A DNA stretch of 64,000 nt from Rhodospirillales bacterium (GTDB lineage Bacteria; Pseudomonadota; Alphaproteobacteria; Acetobacterales; Acetobacteraceae). Positions 25,565 to 39,046 of this stretch are shown here, in pieces (within the stretch, counting starts at the first letter, position 1; each line of letters starts with the position of its first letter). The notes beneath the pieces are model-generated. The model was not told the origin of the DNA, did not search any database, and saw only the letters and a program-made list of their open reading frames with translations. The translations under genes were made by a program, and so were the position numbers. The stretch spans positions 947 to 64,946 of the forward strand of contig JAGWNT010000005.1 of assembly GCA_028871195.1 (NCBI GenBank), in the 5' to 3' direction.

Positions 25565-28215
25565 CGCCGCATGGAACGGTGAGAATGTCGGGGCCGTCTG
25601 CCGCCCCGAAGCCGATGCGGCGCGACGCGCCGGCGGCCGCGCTGATGGCCACCCTGATGGCCACACTGGCGCGCCTGGCGCCCGACGATCTGCTGCGCCG
25701 CCTGGCTGGTGGCACCGAGGGCCTGACCGACGCCGAGGCCGCCGCGCGGCTGTCGCGTGTCGGGCCCAACCAGGTGGCGCGCGAGCACGAGCACGGCATG
25801 CTGCGAGAGTTCGCCGGGCGGGTGAAGAACCCGCTGAACGCCTTGCTGCTGTCGCTTGCGGCCGTGTCGTGGATCACCGGGGACGCGCGGGCGGCAATCA
25901 TCATTTGTTTGATGGTGGCGCTCAGCGTCATCCTGGCCTTCGTGCAGGAGCATCGCTCGAACCACGCCGCGGCACGGCTGCGCGCCATGGTGCGCACAAG
26001 CGCGACCGTCACCCGCCGTCCCGCCTCCAGCCCGCCGCGCATAATCGAGATCCCGATCGAGGCGCTGGTTCCTGGCGATGTGGTGCACCTGTCCGCCGGC
26101 GACCTCGTGCCGGCCGATCTGCGGCTGCTGGCGAGCAAAAACCTGCACGTCAACCAGGCGGCCCTGACCGGCGAGGCGATGCCGGTGGACAAGCTTGACC
26201 AGGTGCCGCCGGCCACGGCGGATGATCCCTTCGCCTTCGCGAATATCTGCTTCATGGGCACGAGCGTCATCAGCGGCAGCGCAACCGCAATCGTCCTGCA
26301 GACCGGCGCCGCGACCTTCTTCGGCCAGCTGGCCGGAGACGTGGTCGGCCAGCGCATGCCCACCAGCTTCGACCGCGGCATCACCCGCTTTACCTGGCTT
26401 ATGATCCGTTTCATTGTCGTGATGGTGCCGGCGGTCTTCCTCATCAACGGATTGACCAAGGGCGATTGGCTGGAGGCCCTGCTCTTCGCCCTTGCCGTCG
26501 CCGTCGGGCTGACGCCGGAAATGCTGCCGATGATCGTCACCGTCAACCTTGCCCGCGGCGGCATGGCGATGGCGCGCAAGCAGGTGATCGTCAAGCGGCT
26601 GAACGCGATCCAGAATTTTGGCGCGATGGATATCCTGTGCACCGACAAGACCGGAACGCTGACGCAGGACCGCGTCATCCTCGAATACCACCTGGATTTC
26701 GAGGGCGAGGAGAGCGAGCGCGTGCTCGAATACGCCTATCTCAACAGCTTCCACCAATCCGGCCTGAAAAGCCTGCTGGACGAGGCGGTGCTGGCGCACG
26801 AGAACCGGCCCGAGCATGTCGGCCACATCGCCGCCTACACGAAGGTCGACGAGATCCCGTTCGATTTTCAACGCCGGCGCATGTCCGTCGTGCTCGCGCG
26901 CCCGGACAGCGCTCACCTGATGATCACAAAGGGTGCCGTGGAGGAGGTGCTGGCGGTATGCGACCGTTACAGTCTGGGCGAACGCAGCGGCGCGCTCAGC
27001 GCCACGCTGCTTGGTGATGCCAAGCGGGAAATGGCCCGGCTGAATGCCGAGGGTTTCCGTGTCGTGGGGGTTGCGTTCAAGGAATTCCCGGCGCCGTTGG
27101 CAACCTACCAGGAAGCCGAGGAGGCCGGGATGACCCTGCTCGGCTACATCGCCTTCCTCGATCCGCCGAAGGAGACGGTGGCCGACGCCATCCGGACGCT
27201 GAACGATTACGGCGTGACGGTGAAGATCCTGACCGGCGACAATGATCTCGTCACGCGCACCATCTGCCGCCAGGTCGGGCTTGCGGTGGATCGCATCGTC
27301 CTGGGGCACGAGCTGGACGGCATGTCCGATGAGGCGCTGGCCATTCTCTGCGAATCGGTGGCGGTCTTCGCCAAGCTGCTGCCCGCGCAAAAGGCCCGCG
27401 TGATCGAGGCGCTGCACCGGCGCGGCCATGTGGTGGGGTTTCTGGGCGACGGCATCAATGACGGCCCCGCCCTCAAAGCGGCGGATGTCGGCATCTCGGT
27501 CGATACGGCCGTCGACATCGCCAAGGAATCGGCCGACATCATCCTGCTGGAGAAGAGCCTGTCCGTCCTCGGCGACGGCGTGATCGAGGGCCGCAAGGTC
27601 TTCGGGAACATCGTCAAATACATCAAGATGGGCGCCAGCTCGAATTTCGGAAACATGTTCAGTGTCCTCGGCGCGAGCATCTTCCTGCCCTTCCTGCCGA
27701 TGGCGCCCATCCAGGTTCTGACCAACAATTTGCTCTACGACATCTCGCAGACCACCATTCCGACCGATTTGGTGGACGAGGAGTATCTCCGGGTACCCCG
27801 CCAATGGGATATCGGCAACCTCACCCGCTTCGTTCTGATCATCGGCCCGCTCAGCTCGATCTTCGACTATCTGACCTACTTCATGATGCTCTACGTGTTT
27901 CATGCCTGGGACCGGCCGGCCCTGTTTCAGGCGGGCTGGTTCGTGGAATCGCTGCTGACGCAGACCCTGATCATCCACATCATCCGCACCGCGCGGATAC
28001 CGTTTGTGGAAAGCCGCGCCAGCATGCCGCTGATCGCGACGACCATCATGGTCGTCGTCGCCGGTGCCGCCATCCCCTCAACGTTCATCGGCCACGCTCT
28101 CGGGTTCGTGGCCTTGCCGCCCCTCTACTGGCCGCTCGTCGCGACCATGATGCTCGGCTATGCGGTTCTGACGCACCTGGTCAAAATCTGGTTCGTACGC
28201 CGCTGGGGCATGTAG
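25561..28215 (+). CDS. mgtA: Magnesium-translocating P-type ATPase
   Basis: LTGE, VGLTPEMLPMI, phosphorylation site DKTGTLT, FDFQRRR, GDGIND and SSNFGNMFS. Start uncertain (25561 or 25585). Confidence 0.92.
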   Translation: MTPHGTVRMSGPSAAPKPMRRDAPAAALMATLMATLARLAPDDLLRRLAGGTEGLTDAEAAARLSRVGPNQVAREHEHGMLREFAGRVKNPLNALLLSLAAVSWITGDARAAIIICLMVALSVILAFVQEHRSNHAAARLRAMVRTSATVTRRPASSPPRIIEIPIEALVPGDVVHLSAGDLVPADLRLLASKNLHVNQAALTGEAMPVDKLDQVPPATADDPFAFANICFMGTSVISGSATAIVLQTGAATFFGQLAGDVVGQRMPTSFDRGITRFTWLMIRFIVVMVPAVFLINGLTKGDWLEALLFALAVAVGLTPEMLPMIVTVNLARGGMAMARKQVIVKRLNAIQNFGAMDILCTDKTGTLTQDRVILEYHLDFEGEESERVLEYAYLNSFHQSGLKSLLDEAVLAHENRPEHVGHIAAYTKVDEIPFDFQRRRMSVVLARPDSAHLMITKGAVEEVLAVCDRYSLGERSGALSATLLGDAKREMARLNAEGFRVVGVAFKEFPAPLATYQEAEEAGMTLLGYIAFLDPPKETVADAIRTLNDYGVTVKILTGDNDLVTRTICRQVGLAVDRIVLGHELDGMSDEALAILCESVAVFAKLLPAQKARVIEALHRRGHVVGFLGDGINDGPALKAADVGISVDTAVDIAKESADIILLEKSLSVLGDGVIEGRKVFGNIVKYIKMGASSNFGNMFSVLGASIFLPFLPMAPIQVLTNNLLYDISQTTIPTDLVDEEYLRVPRQWDIGNLTRFVLIIGPLSSIFDYLTYFMMLYVFHAWDRPALFQAGWFVESLLTQTLIIHIIRTARIPFVESRASMPLIATTIMVVVAGAAIPSTFIGHALGFVALPPLYWPLVATMMLGYAVLTHLVKIWFVRRWGM

Positions 28216-28222
28216 CCGCGGG

Positions 28223-28645
28223 CTACTCCGTCTCCGGTCGTCCGCGCAGGGTCTTGATGGCGCCGCGCTGGGTCTTGCTGTCCACGCGGCGGGCCCGCGC
28301 GGCGCGGCTCGGCCGGGTCGGGCGGCGGGTCGGCGGCGGGGGTTCGGCCGCCTCGCGGACCAGCGCCACCAGCCGCTCCAGCGCGTCGGCGCGGTTGCGC
28401 TCGCGGGTGCGGTGGCGCTGGGCGGTGATCACCAGCACGCCCTCCTTGGTCAGCCGCCGGCCCGCCAGGCGCTCCAGCCGGCCGCGGACGGCCTCGGGCA
28501 GGCTCGGGGAACGGCGCACGTCGAAGCGCAGTTGCACCGCGGTTTCGACCTTCTGGATATTCTGCCCGCCGGCCCCCGAGGCGCGCAGGAAATCCTCGTG
28601 AAGTTCGCTCTCGTCGAGCATGATGCCGCGCCCGATCGCGATCAC
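28223..28645 (-). CDS. arfB: Alternative ribosome rescue peptidyl-tRNA hydrolase ArfB
   Basis: RASGAGGQN (GGQ motif), QRHRT, and a basic tail RRPTRPS...K. Start placed at GTG 28645. Confidence 0.88.
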   Translation of the reverse strand: MIAIGRGIMLDESELHEDFLRASGAGGQNIQKVETAVQLRFDVRRSPSLPEAVRGRLERLAGRRLTKEGVLVITAQRHRTRERNRADALERLVALVREAAEPPPPTRRPTRPSRAARARRVDSKTQRGAIKTLRGRPETE

Positions 28646-28718
28646 GGCGCACGGCTCCGCGATGGCCGCGCCGGATTGGTGAATGGTGCAACGGAATTCG
28701 TCATGACGAGAGGATAGC

Positions 28719-29525
28719 ATGCCTGCCACACCGGTGCCGATCCTGCCTGAAGCGGGCTTCAACCGCCTTGCCCTGTGCCGCCACGGCCCGATGCTGTTCA
28801 ATCGCCATGACCAGTATGTCGGCGCGTCGCTGGCCACCTATGGCGAGTTCTCGCCGGGCGAGATGGTGCTGTTCGCCAAGCTGGTCGGCGCCGGCGCGCA
28901 TGTCGTCGAGGTCGGCGCCAATATCGGCGCCCACACCGTGGGCCTCGCCCAGCTCGTCGGGCCGAGCGGGCGGGTGCACGCGTTCGAGCCCCAGCGCATC
29001 GTCTTTCAGACACTGTGCGCCAATCTCGCACTCAACAGCTGCACCAACGTGCTCGCCCGCCATGAAGCCGCCGGCGCCGAGGCCGGCGAAATCCTGGTCC
29101 CGGCCCTCGCGCCGGACCGGACCAACAATTTCGGTGGCCTGTCGCTGCGCGGCGCCACCAGCGGCGAGCGCGTGACGCTGCGCCGGCTCGATGATCTCGC
29201 ATTGCCCGCCTGCCATCTGCTGAAGATCGATGCCGAGGGCATGGAGGTCGAAGTGCTGCGCGGTGCCGCCGCCTCGGTCGCGGCGCACCGCCCCTTCCTC
29301 TATGTCGAGAACGACCGCACCGAGCGCGCCGCCGAGCTGGTCGCGCTGCTGCTCGGCTGGAACTACCAGCTCTACTGGCACACGCCCCCGCTCTTCGAGC
29401 CGGAGAATTTCGCCGGCGAGGCGGCAAACATCTTCGGCGTCACCGCCTCGCTCAATCTGCTGTGCGTCGCGGCCGAGCGGAACATCACCGTCCAGGGCCT
29501 GCGGGACGGGCGCATCCCGCTCTGA
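28719..29525 (+). CDS. FkbM family SAM-dependent methyltransferase
   Basis: EVGANIGAHT, AFEPQ, LKIDAEGMEVEVLRG and LYVEN. Confidence 0.88.
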   Translation: MPATPVPILPEAGFNRLALCRHGPMLFNRHDQYVGASLATYGEFSPGEMVLFAKLVGAGAHVVEVGANIGAHTVGLAQLVGPSGRVHAFEPQRIVFQTLCANLALNSCTNVLARHEAAGAEAGEILVPALAPDRTNNFGGLSLRGATSGERVTLRRLDDLALPACHLLKIDAEGMEVEVLRGAAASVAAHRPFLYVENDRTERAAELVALLLGWNYQLYWHTPPLFEPENFAGEAANIFGVTASLNLLCVAAERNITVQGLRDGRIPL

Positions 29526-29535
29526 CCGCCCGGCC

Positions 29536-32532
29536 TCAATCGGGCAGCGCGTGGCGCGCGCGCCAGCGTATCGCGTCGGACAGGTCGGGGGCGCGGCGCA
29601 GATTACCCAGCGGCCCGCTCACCCGCAGCGCCAGCGCCGGCGGGTCCGGCAGGGCAGGCCGCAGCACGAGATGCAGATCGGCGGTGCCGGCCGCGAGATC
29701 GGTGCCGCCGCCCAGCTCGATGCTCCCGGCCGGGGCGGCCAGCACGGCGTCGCCGAGGCGCAGCGCGCCATGGTCGATCGCGGCATGCACGGCAAACCGG
29801 TCGAACAGCGTCGTCCCTCCGGCGAGCGCGGCGCGCAGCCCGGCATCGTCGGCGAGCCTGCGCGCGCCGCCGCCGGCCGGCGAGGTCGCCATCGCCCCGA
29901 GCGCCACGCCGGTCAGCGCGCCGTTGGTGACATCGAGGCTCAGCGCGCCCTGCAAGGTCGCCAGCAAGGCCGCGGGGGAATGCCCGGCGGCACGGAGCGA
30001 GGCCGCCGCGGTCACGCGCCCCGCGGTGAGGTCGAGCGGCAGGTCGAGCAGCGGCCCGGCCAGCGCCGCCCCGTCCAGCCGCGCCTCGACGGCCAGCGCC
30101 GGCAGCGCCGCCGCGGCATCGAGCGTCACCTCGCCGGTGAGCATCCCGCCGCCGATGCGTGCGGTGACCTTGTCGAGCCGCAGCACACCATGGGCGAGGT
30201 CCAGATGGGCCGCCACGTCGCCCAGCGCCGGCAGCCCGCCCAGTTGCAGCTGCCCGGCCTGCACCGCCACCGCCGCCTGCCAGCCGCGCAACGCCGCGAG
30301 TTGCAGCGGCGCGCCGGAACGCAGCGCGGGCAGCGGCAGCGGCAGGGTCTCGGCGCGGACATGGCCGGTCACCACCGCCTCGCCGCCGGCCTGCTGCACG
30401 GCCAGCGCCCCGCTCGCATGCAATGTGCCGGCTGTCAGGTCGAAGCTGTCGGCCGAGAGCAGGTTGGCCGTCCCGCTCGCCTGCGCCACCACGCTCAGCG
30501 AGCCGTCGCCCAGCCACGACGCCGCGCCGGCCAGGCCGAGCATCGCCATCAGCCGCGGCGCCCCGGGATGGCGCAACGTGACCGGCCCTGCCCAGCGCCC
30601 GGCCGGCCGGTCGAGCACAGGCTGGGCCTCGAGCCGCAAATCGGCGAGATCGGCCGTCACCTTCAGCGCGAGCTTCGCCGGCGGGCCACCGCCCAGCACC
30701 TGCAGATCGGCCGGGCCCTGCCACAGCGCCGGCACCCGCCGCGCCGCCGCCGCCAGCCCCGCCGGAAGCCAGCCGAGCACGCTGGCCGCCTGCGCCGCCT
30801 GGGCATCGAGCCGGCCCTCGGTCAGCCCGCCATCGCGGCCGAACGTGCCGGAGGCGGCAACGTGCACGCCACTGGCCAGAAGATCGAGCTTGCGCAGGAT
30901 CAGGCGCCCGCCCGCCCCGCCCGTGCCGCTCTCCGCCCCCGCATCCAGCAGCAGCGGCGCGATGGTGGCCCCGCCGAGCACCGCCTGCCGGGCCTCGACG
31001 CGCAGATCGACATCGAACCCGCCGAGCCGCGCCGTCACCGCCGCGGGGAAATCGGACGGCAGGCCGCCCCGCCAGGGCGCCAGCCAGGGATCGAGGTCGA
31101 GCCGATCGAAGGCCAGCCCGGCGCCGAGCCGCGGGTGGGCGCCCAGCTGCACGGCCAGGCTGCCGGTCATCGGTTGACCATCGAGCTGGCCGGTCAGGTG
31201 ATCGAGCGCGACGGCGCCCGGCGTCACCACCACATGCCCGGCGAGGCCGGCCCGCAGCATCACGCCGTCCGGCAGGGCCGAGGCAACTGCGAAGCCCGCG
31301 CCGCGCAGCCAATCCAGCGTGGTGCGCAGGGCCGGGGCGTCGAGGCGGGCCTGGCCCTCGAAGCGCCCGGCGGCACTCGCCGCGCCACCGAGGCGGCCGG
31401 TGAGGCGCAGCGCCGCGTCGCCCGGCAGGCGGGCGCCGAGTTCGCGCACCGTCACCACGCCGGCCGCGATGTCGAAAGCGCCGCGCAGGTCGCGCAGCGT
31501 GCCGCCAGCGAGCTGCGCGGCCTGGGCCGAGAGATCAACGCCGATCGGCAGGCGCGCGGCGAGCATGCCGCCCGCTCCCGCGCCGCGCAGCAGGGCGCCG
31601 GCCCAGGCATCGAGATCGAGCCGGTTGGAGGTCAGCGCAACGTCGAGCCGCGGTGCCGGCAGCAGGCGCAAGGCCAGCGCCCCCTGGGCCGCCGTGGTCA
31701 TGGCCGGCGCGGCGCCGAGGGTCACCGCGAGTTCATCGGCCGCCAGCAGCCCGCCGGCGACGGTCAGGCGGCCGCTGGCGGTGAACGGCGTCTTCGGCGC
31801 CGGCAGCAGGGCGGAGAGATCGGGCCCGTGCAGCGAGACAAGCCCGGAGAGGTCGCCGCCGCGCGCGATCTGCGCGGCCACGGCCACGCCCACCCCATGC
31901 GCACCGCCCTGCCCCTCCAGGGTCAGATCGAGCGCGCTCGCCCCGTCGGCGCCGGGCGGCTGGAGGCGGGCCGAGAAATGCCAGGTCTGCCCGCTGATGC
32001 TGGCCGCCCCGGCGACCATCGAGGTGCCGGTCAACGGCGCGCTGGTCAGCGTCAGATCGACGCCGTTGAAGATCAGGTCGCCGATCTCGAGCCGGCCGCC
32101 CTCGATGCGCGCCGAGGCGGTGGCGAACCAGCCGGGCGGGCGCAGCAGCAGGCCCAAGGGGGAAACATCCTTCGGCAGCGGCCAGGGCAGGCGCATGTCC
32201 ACGCCGTGCAGCACCAGCTCGCGGGCGTCGATGCGTCCGCGCAACAGGGCGGCGAGCCCGACGCGCAGGCGCAAGGCCGCGGCCTTCATGCGCAACCCGC
32301 CGCCGCCCTGGTCGATCGCCACGCCATCGGCGGTGACCTGCGGGCGCGGCAGCAGCGTCAGCGTGATCGGGCCGTCGATGCGCACGGGGCGGCCGAGCGT
32401 GTCGGTGGCGAGGGCCTCGATGCCGTCGCGGTAGCGGTTCCAGTCGAGCAGGGCGGGCAGCACCCAGGCGGCCAGCAGCAGCGCCACGATCAGCGCCGCC
32501 AGGCCGCCCAGCCCCCAGCGCAGGATGCGCAT
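29536..32532 (-). CDS. AsmA family protein
   Basis: N-terminal TM helix followed by DWNRYR...LGRPVRIDGPITLTLLPRP; repeated beta-rich segments, LDLD motifs and C-terminal GGTT...F...VSGPL. Confidence 0.8.
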   Translation of the reverse strand: MRILRWGLGGLAALIVALLLAAWVLPALLDWNRYRDGIEALATDTLGRPVRIDGPITLTLLPRPQVTADGVAIDQGGGGLRMKAAALRLRVGLAALLRGRIDARELVLHGVDMRLPWPLPKDVSPLGLLLRPPGWFATASARIEGGRLEIGDLIFNGVDLTLTSAPLTGTSMVAGAASISGQTWHFSARLQPPGADGASALDLTLEGQGGAHGVGVAVAAQIARGGDLSGLVSLHGPDLSALLPAPKTPFTASGRLTVAGGLLAADELAVTLGAAPAMTTAAQGALALRLLPAPRLDVALTSNRLDLDAWAGALLRGAGAGGMLAARLPIGVDLSAQAAQLAGGTLRDLRGAFDIAAGVVTVRELGARLPGDAALRLTGRLGGAASAAGRFEGQARLDAPALRTTLDWLRGAGFAVASALPDGVMLRAGLAGHVVVTPGAVALDHLTGQLDGQPMTGSLAVQLGAHPRLGAGLAFDRLDLDPWLAPWRGGLPSDFPAAVTARLGGFDVDLRVEARQAVLGGATIAPLLLDAGAESGTGGAGGRLILRKLDLLASGVHVAASGTFGRDGGLTEGRLDAQAAQAASVLGWLPAGLAAAARRVPALWQGPADLQVLGGGPPAKLALKVTADLADLRLEAQPVLDRPAGRWAGPVTLRHPGAPRLMAMLGLAGAASWLGDGSLSVVAQASGTANLLSADSFDLTAGTLHASGALAVQQAGGEAVVTGHVRAETLPLPLPALRSGAPLQLAALRGWQAAVAVQAGQLQLGGLPALGDVAAHLDLAHGVLRLDKVTARIGGGMLTGEVTLDAAAALPALAVEARLDGAALAGPLLDLPLDLTAGRVTAAASLRAAGHSPAALLATLQGALSLDVTNGALTGVALGAMATSPAGGGARRLADDAGLRAALAGGTTLFDRFAVHAAIDHGALRLGDAVLAAPAGSIELGGGTDLAAGTADLHLVLRPALPDPPALALRVSGPLGNLRRAPDLSDAIRWRARHALPD

Positions 32533-32566
32533 GGCGGCGGCTAGCGCGGCAGCGGCGCGCGGCCGC

Positions 32567-36178
<3,612 letters not shown>

Positions 36179-36333
36179 GTGGGCTCTCCTGTCGGGGGCG
36201 CGATATAGAGGCGAGGCCCGTGGCACGCGCAAGCCCCGCCGGCGGCTCCGGCGCGGACCGGCGATGAAGCATTTTGCCGGGGCTCGGCGGCCCATGATAG
36301 AGCCTGTCAGGCAGCAGGAACGGACCGCGCGCA

Positions 36334-37089
36334 GTGTGGGGCAAGATCATCGGTGGCATGGCCGGCTTCGCCATGGGCGGCCCGCTGGGCGCCATGGTGG
36401 GGGCGGCGCTCGGCCATGCGGCCGAGACCGGCACGCCGCAGATGGTGCGCTTCACCGCCCCCCGCCTCGCCGCCCTGCTCGGCCAGCGCGAGCAGCTCTT
36501 TGCCGTCGGCGTGGTGGTGCTGGCCGCCAAACTCGCAAAATGCGACGGGCCGGTGGCGCGGGTGGAGATCGACGCCTTCAAGCGCAGCTTCCGCATCCCG
36601 CCCGAGGCGGTGCGCGACATCGGCCGGCTGTTCGACAATGCGCGCGACAGCAGCGAGGGGTTCGAGGGCTATGCTGAGCAGATCGGCGAGGCCTTCGCCG
36701 ATAATCGCGGCATGCTGGAGGATGTGCTGGCGGCGCTGTTCGTCATCGCGCGCGCCGATGGCCCGGTGAACCGCGCGGAGGAAACCTTCCTGATGGCGGT
36801 CTGCCGCGCCTTCGGGCTCGGCCTGGATGCCTGGGAGCGGGCCCAGGACCCGCGCGCCCGGCGGCCGCAGAGCGGCGACGACGACACCGATCCCTACGAG
36901 GTGCTGGGCGTGCCGCGCAGCGCGTCCCACGCGACGGTGCGCGCCGCCTGGCGGCAGCTGATGCGCGAGAACCACCCCGACAGCCTGGCCAGCCGTGGCG
37001 TGCCGGCCGAGTTCATCGCCCGCGCCGGCGAGAAGGTCGCGCGCATCAACGCCGCCTGGGACCGGGTGAAGCGGGAACGCGGCTTGTGA
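36334..37089 (+). CDS. djlA: DjlA co-chaperone (TerB-like + J domain)
   Basis: WGKIIGG...GPLGA TM segment, [15 protein letters not shown] and HPD motif. Confidence 0.88.
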   Translation: MWGKIIGGMAGFAMGGPLGAMVGAALGHAAETGTPQMVRFTAPRLAALLGQREQLFAVGVVVLAAKLAKCDGPVARVEIDAFKRSFRIPPEAVRDIGRLFDNARDSSEGFEGYAEQIGEAFADNRGMLEDVLAALFVIARADGPVNRAEETFLMAVCRAFGLGLDAWERAQDPRARRPQSGDDDTDPYEVLGVPRSASHATVRAAWRQLMRENHPDSLASRGVPAEFIARAGEKVARINAAWDRVKRERGL

Positions 37090-37817
37090 CACTGGCCATC
37101 CGTGAGTGGCCGAGCCCGAACCAGGATGCCCGGGGTTCGGCGCCGGACATGATCGTCATCCACTATACCGGCATGCGCACGGGGCGCGCCGCGCTGGAGC
37201 GGCTGCGCGACCCGCAATCGCGGGTCTCGGCGCATTACGTGGTCGAGGAGGGCGGCGAGGTCTGGCGGCTGGTGGCCGAGGAGCGGCGGGCCTGGCACGC
37301 GGGAGAATCGTTCTGGCGCGGGCGAAGCGGGCTCAACGACCGCTCGATCGGCATCGAGATCGTCAATGGCGGGCATGAGTTCGGCCTGCCGAATTATCCC
37401 GTGTTGCAGCTTTCCGTGGTGTGCGACCTGTGCCTGGACATCCTCTCGCGCCACCGCATCGCCGCCCGCGACATCGTCGGCCACAGCGACATCGCGCCGG
37501 ACCGCAAGGAGGACCCCGGCGAGCGCTTCGACTGGGCGGGGCTGGCGCGCAACGGCGTCGGCCTGTGGCCGGAGGGCGTGCCCGATCTCGGCACCGGCGG
37601 CATCGTGCGCGACGCAATGGCGCTGCGCGACGTGCGGGCGGCGCTGGCAACGATCGGCTACCGCGTGGCGCCGGAAGGGGCGCTGGATCCGGCGCTCGCC
37701 GCCGTGCTGCGCGCCTTCCAGCGGCACTGGCGGCCGGAGGCGGTGACCGGCCAGGCCGATGCCGGCACGCTGGCCCGGCTGCTGGCGGTGGCGCGCATGG
37801 TTGACGGCGGGGGCTGA
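37086..37817 (+). CDS. N-acetylmuramoyl-L-alanine amidase (AmpD/AmiD family) with peptidoglycan-binding domain
   Basis: IHYTGM, SAHY, AWHAG, SIGIEI, GHSDIAPDRKEDPG and AFQRHWRP. Confidence 0.9.
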   Translation: MTLAIREWPSPNQDARGSAPDMIVIHYTGMRTGRAALERLRDPQSRVSAHYVVEEGGEVWRLVAEERRAWHAGESFWRGRSGLNDRSIGIEIVNGGHEFGLPNYPVLQLSVVCDLCLDILSRHRIAARDIVGHSDIAPDRKEDPGERFDWAGLARNGVGLWPEGVPDLGTGGIVRDAMALRDVRAALATIGYRVAPEGALDPALAAVLRAFQRHWRPEAVTGQADAGTLARLLAVARMVDGGG

Positions 37818-37836
37818 CTGGGCGCATCAGGCCCGG

Positions 37837-38229
37837 GCCAGACGGCCGGACGGCCGCTGCCGGGGCGCGAGCCGCGGTGGAGGAAAGTCCGGGCTCCACG
37901 GGAACACGGTGCCGGCTAACGGCCGGCGGGGGCGACCCCAGGGAAAGTGCCACAGAAAACAAACCGCCGGCGCGCAGCGATGCCCGTCGGCAAGGGTGAA
38001 ACGGTGCGGCAAGAGCGCACCGCGCCCCCGGCAACGGGGGCGGCACGGCAAACCCCACCGGGAGCAAGACCGAATAGGGGCGGCCGGCGGGTCCGCGAGG
38101 ATGCCGCAGGGGTGTTTCCGCCCCGTCGCCCGGGTTGGTCGCGCGAGGCGCGCAGCAATGCGCGTCCCAGAGGAATGGCCGTCCCGCTCCGCGAGGGGCG
38201 GACAGAACCCGGCTTACAGGCCGTCTGGC
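37837..38229 (+). ncRNA. rnpB: RNase P RNA (type A)
   Basis: GAGGAAAGTCCGGGCTC, GGAAAGTGCCACAGAAA, GGCAAACCCCACCGGGAGCAAG and ACAGAACCCGGCTTA; terminal helix GCCAGACGGCC/GGCCGTCTGGC. Confidence 0.97.
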
Positions 38230-38327
38230 ACTTCGCCTGCGCCGGGTTTGGCGCGGGAGCGTGACGGCACCGCGCCTGCGGCGCGACAGGATCGCGCTCC
38301 GAATAGAACAAAACAAACATTAATAAC

Positions 38328-38342
38328 GAACATACATAGAAC
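38328..38342. promoter_or_regulatory. Alphaproteobacterial LexA (SOS) box
   Basis: GAAC-ATACATA-GAAC, which is GTTC-N7-GTTC on the minus strand, inside an AT-rich patch. A third GAAC at 38306 is in the same 11-bp phase. Confidence 0.6.
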
Positions 38343-38435
38343 ATTTGGTTAATTTAATGACGGTGAGCGGGAAATGCCGGGATCGGCACTAACACATTGA
38401 CGCAGCGCCGCATTTTCTGGACGACACGCCCTCCA

Positions 38436-38491
38436 TTCCAGACAATCCCTTTGACGACCCATAATTTCCCGTGATATTCCATGCTTTCCCA
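38436..38491 (+). promoter_or_regulatory. dcw promoter with MraZ-type direct repeats
   Basis: TTGACG(38451)-N16-GATATT. Pentamers ACCCA, TCCCG, TTCCA and TCCCA at 38457, 38467, 38477 and 38487 (10-bp period), plus TTCCA and TCCCT at 38436 and 38446. Confidence 0.65.
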
Positions 38492-38584
38492 TCGGCACTC
38501 CGCCCGGAGGGGGTGAAACGGGACTGCGCCACCCGGCGGCGGCGTCCCGCGCACAGGCAGGCAGGAAAGGGGCGCACCGGCCGG

Positions 38585-39046
38585 ATGACCCAATTCATGG
38601 GCACCCACATCAACAGGCTGGATGCCAAGGGGCGGGTCTCCATCCCGGCCCCGTTCCGAGCGGCCCTCCGCCCGGCCGATGCGGCGGCGCGCGGACGGCT
38701 GATCCTGCGCCCCTCGCACAAGCAGCTCGCCATCGAGGGTTGGCCGCCGGCGGCCTTCGACGCGCTGGAAGCGCCGATGCAGCGCCTCGACGTGTTCAGC
38801 GACGAGCAGGACGATCTCGCCTTCACGCTCTATGCAGAGGCCGCCGAGGTGGACCCGGACGGCGACGGGCGCATCGTGCTGCCGGCCGAGCTGATCAGCC
38901 ATGCCGGGCTCGCCGGCAACGTCGCCTTCGTCGGGCTCGGGCGGAAATTCGAAATCTGGGCGCCGGCCGCCCTCGAACGGCGCCGCGCCGAGGCGCGCAT
39001 GCGCACGCTGGCGCGCGGCCTCACGCTGCCCGGGTCCGGCGCATGA
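38585..39046 (+). CDS. mraZ: Transcriptional regulator MraZ
   Basis: [18 protein letters not shown] and DGDGRIVLP (two DxxGR motifs), FEIW. Confidence 0.95.
   Translation: MTQFMGTHINRLDAKGRVSIPAPFRAALRPADAAARGRLILRPSHKQLAIEGWPPAAFDALEAPMQRLDVFSDEQDDLAFTLYAEAAEVDPDGDGRIVLPAELISHAGLAGNVAFVGLGRKFEIWAPAALERRRAEARMRTLARGLTLPGSGA

Noticed and set aside
37916..38344. 142-aa minus-strand ORF beginning in the LexA box (MFYVCSLLMFVLFY...)
   Set aside because: It is almost wholly antisense to rnpB, has no RBS, and its hydrophobic start just reflects the AT-rich patch. It would only be worth revisiting if an SOS-induced transcript is found.
38320..38357. CtrA site among the TTAA tetramers
   Set aside because: No pair has TTAA-N7-TTAA spacing.
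38357..38392. 11-codon ORF MTVSGKCRDRH after the LexA box
   Set aside because: No RBS and no hydrophobic segment of the kind seen in SOS division inhibitors.
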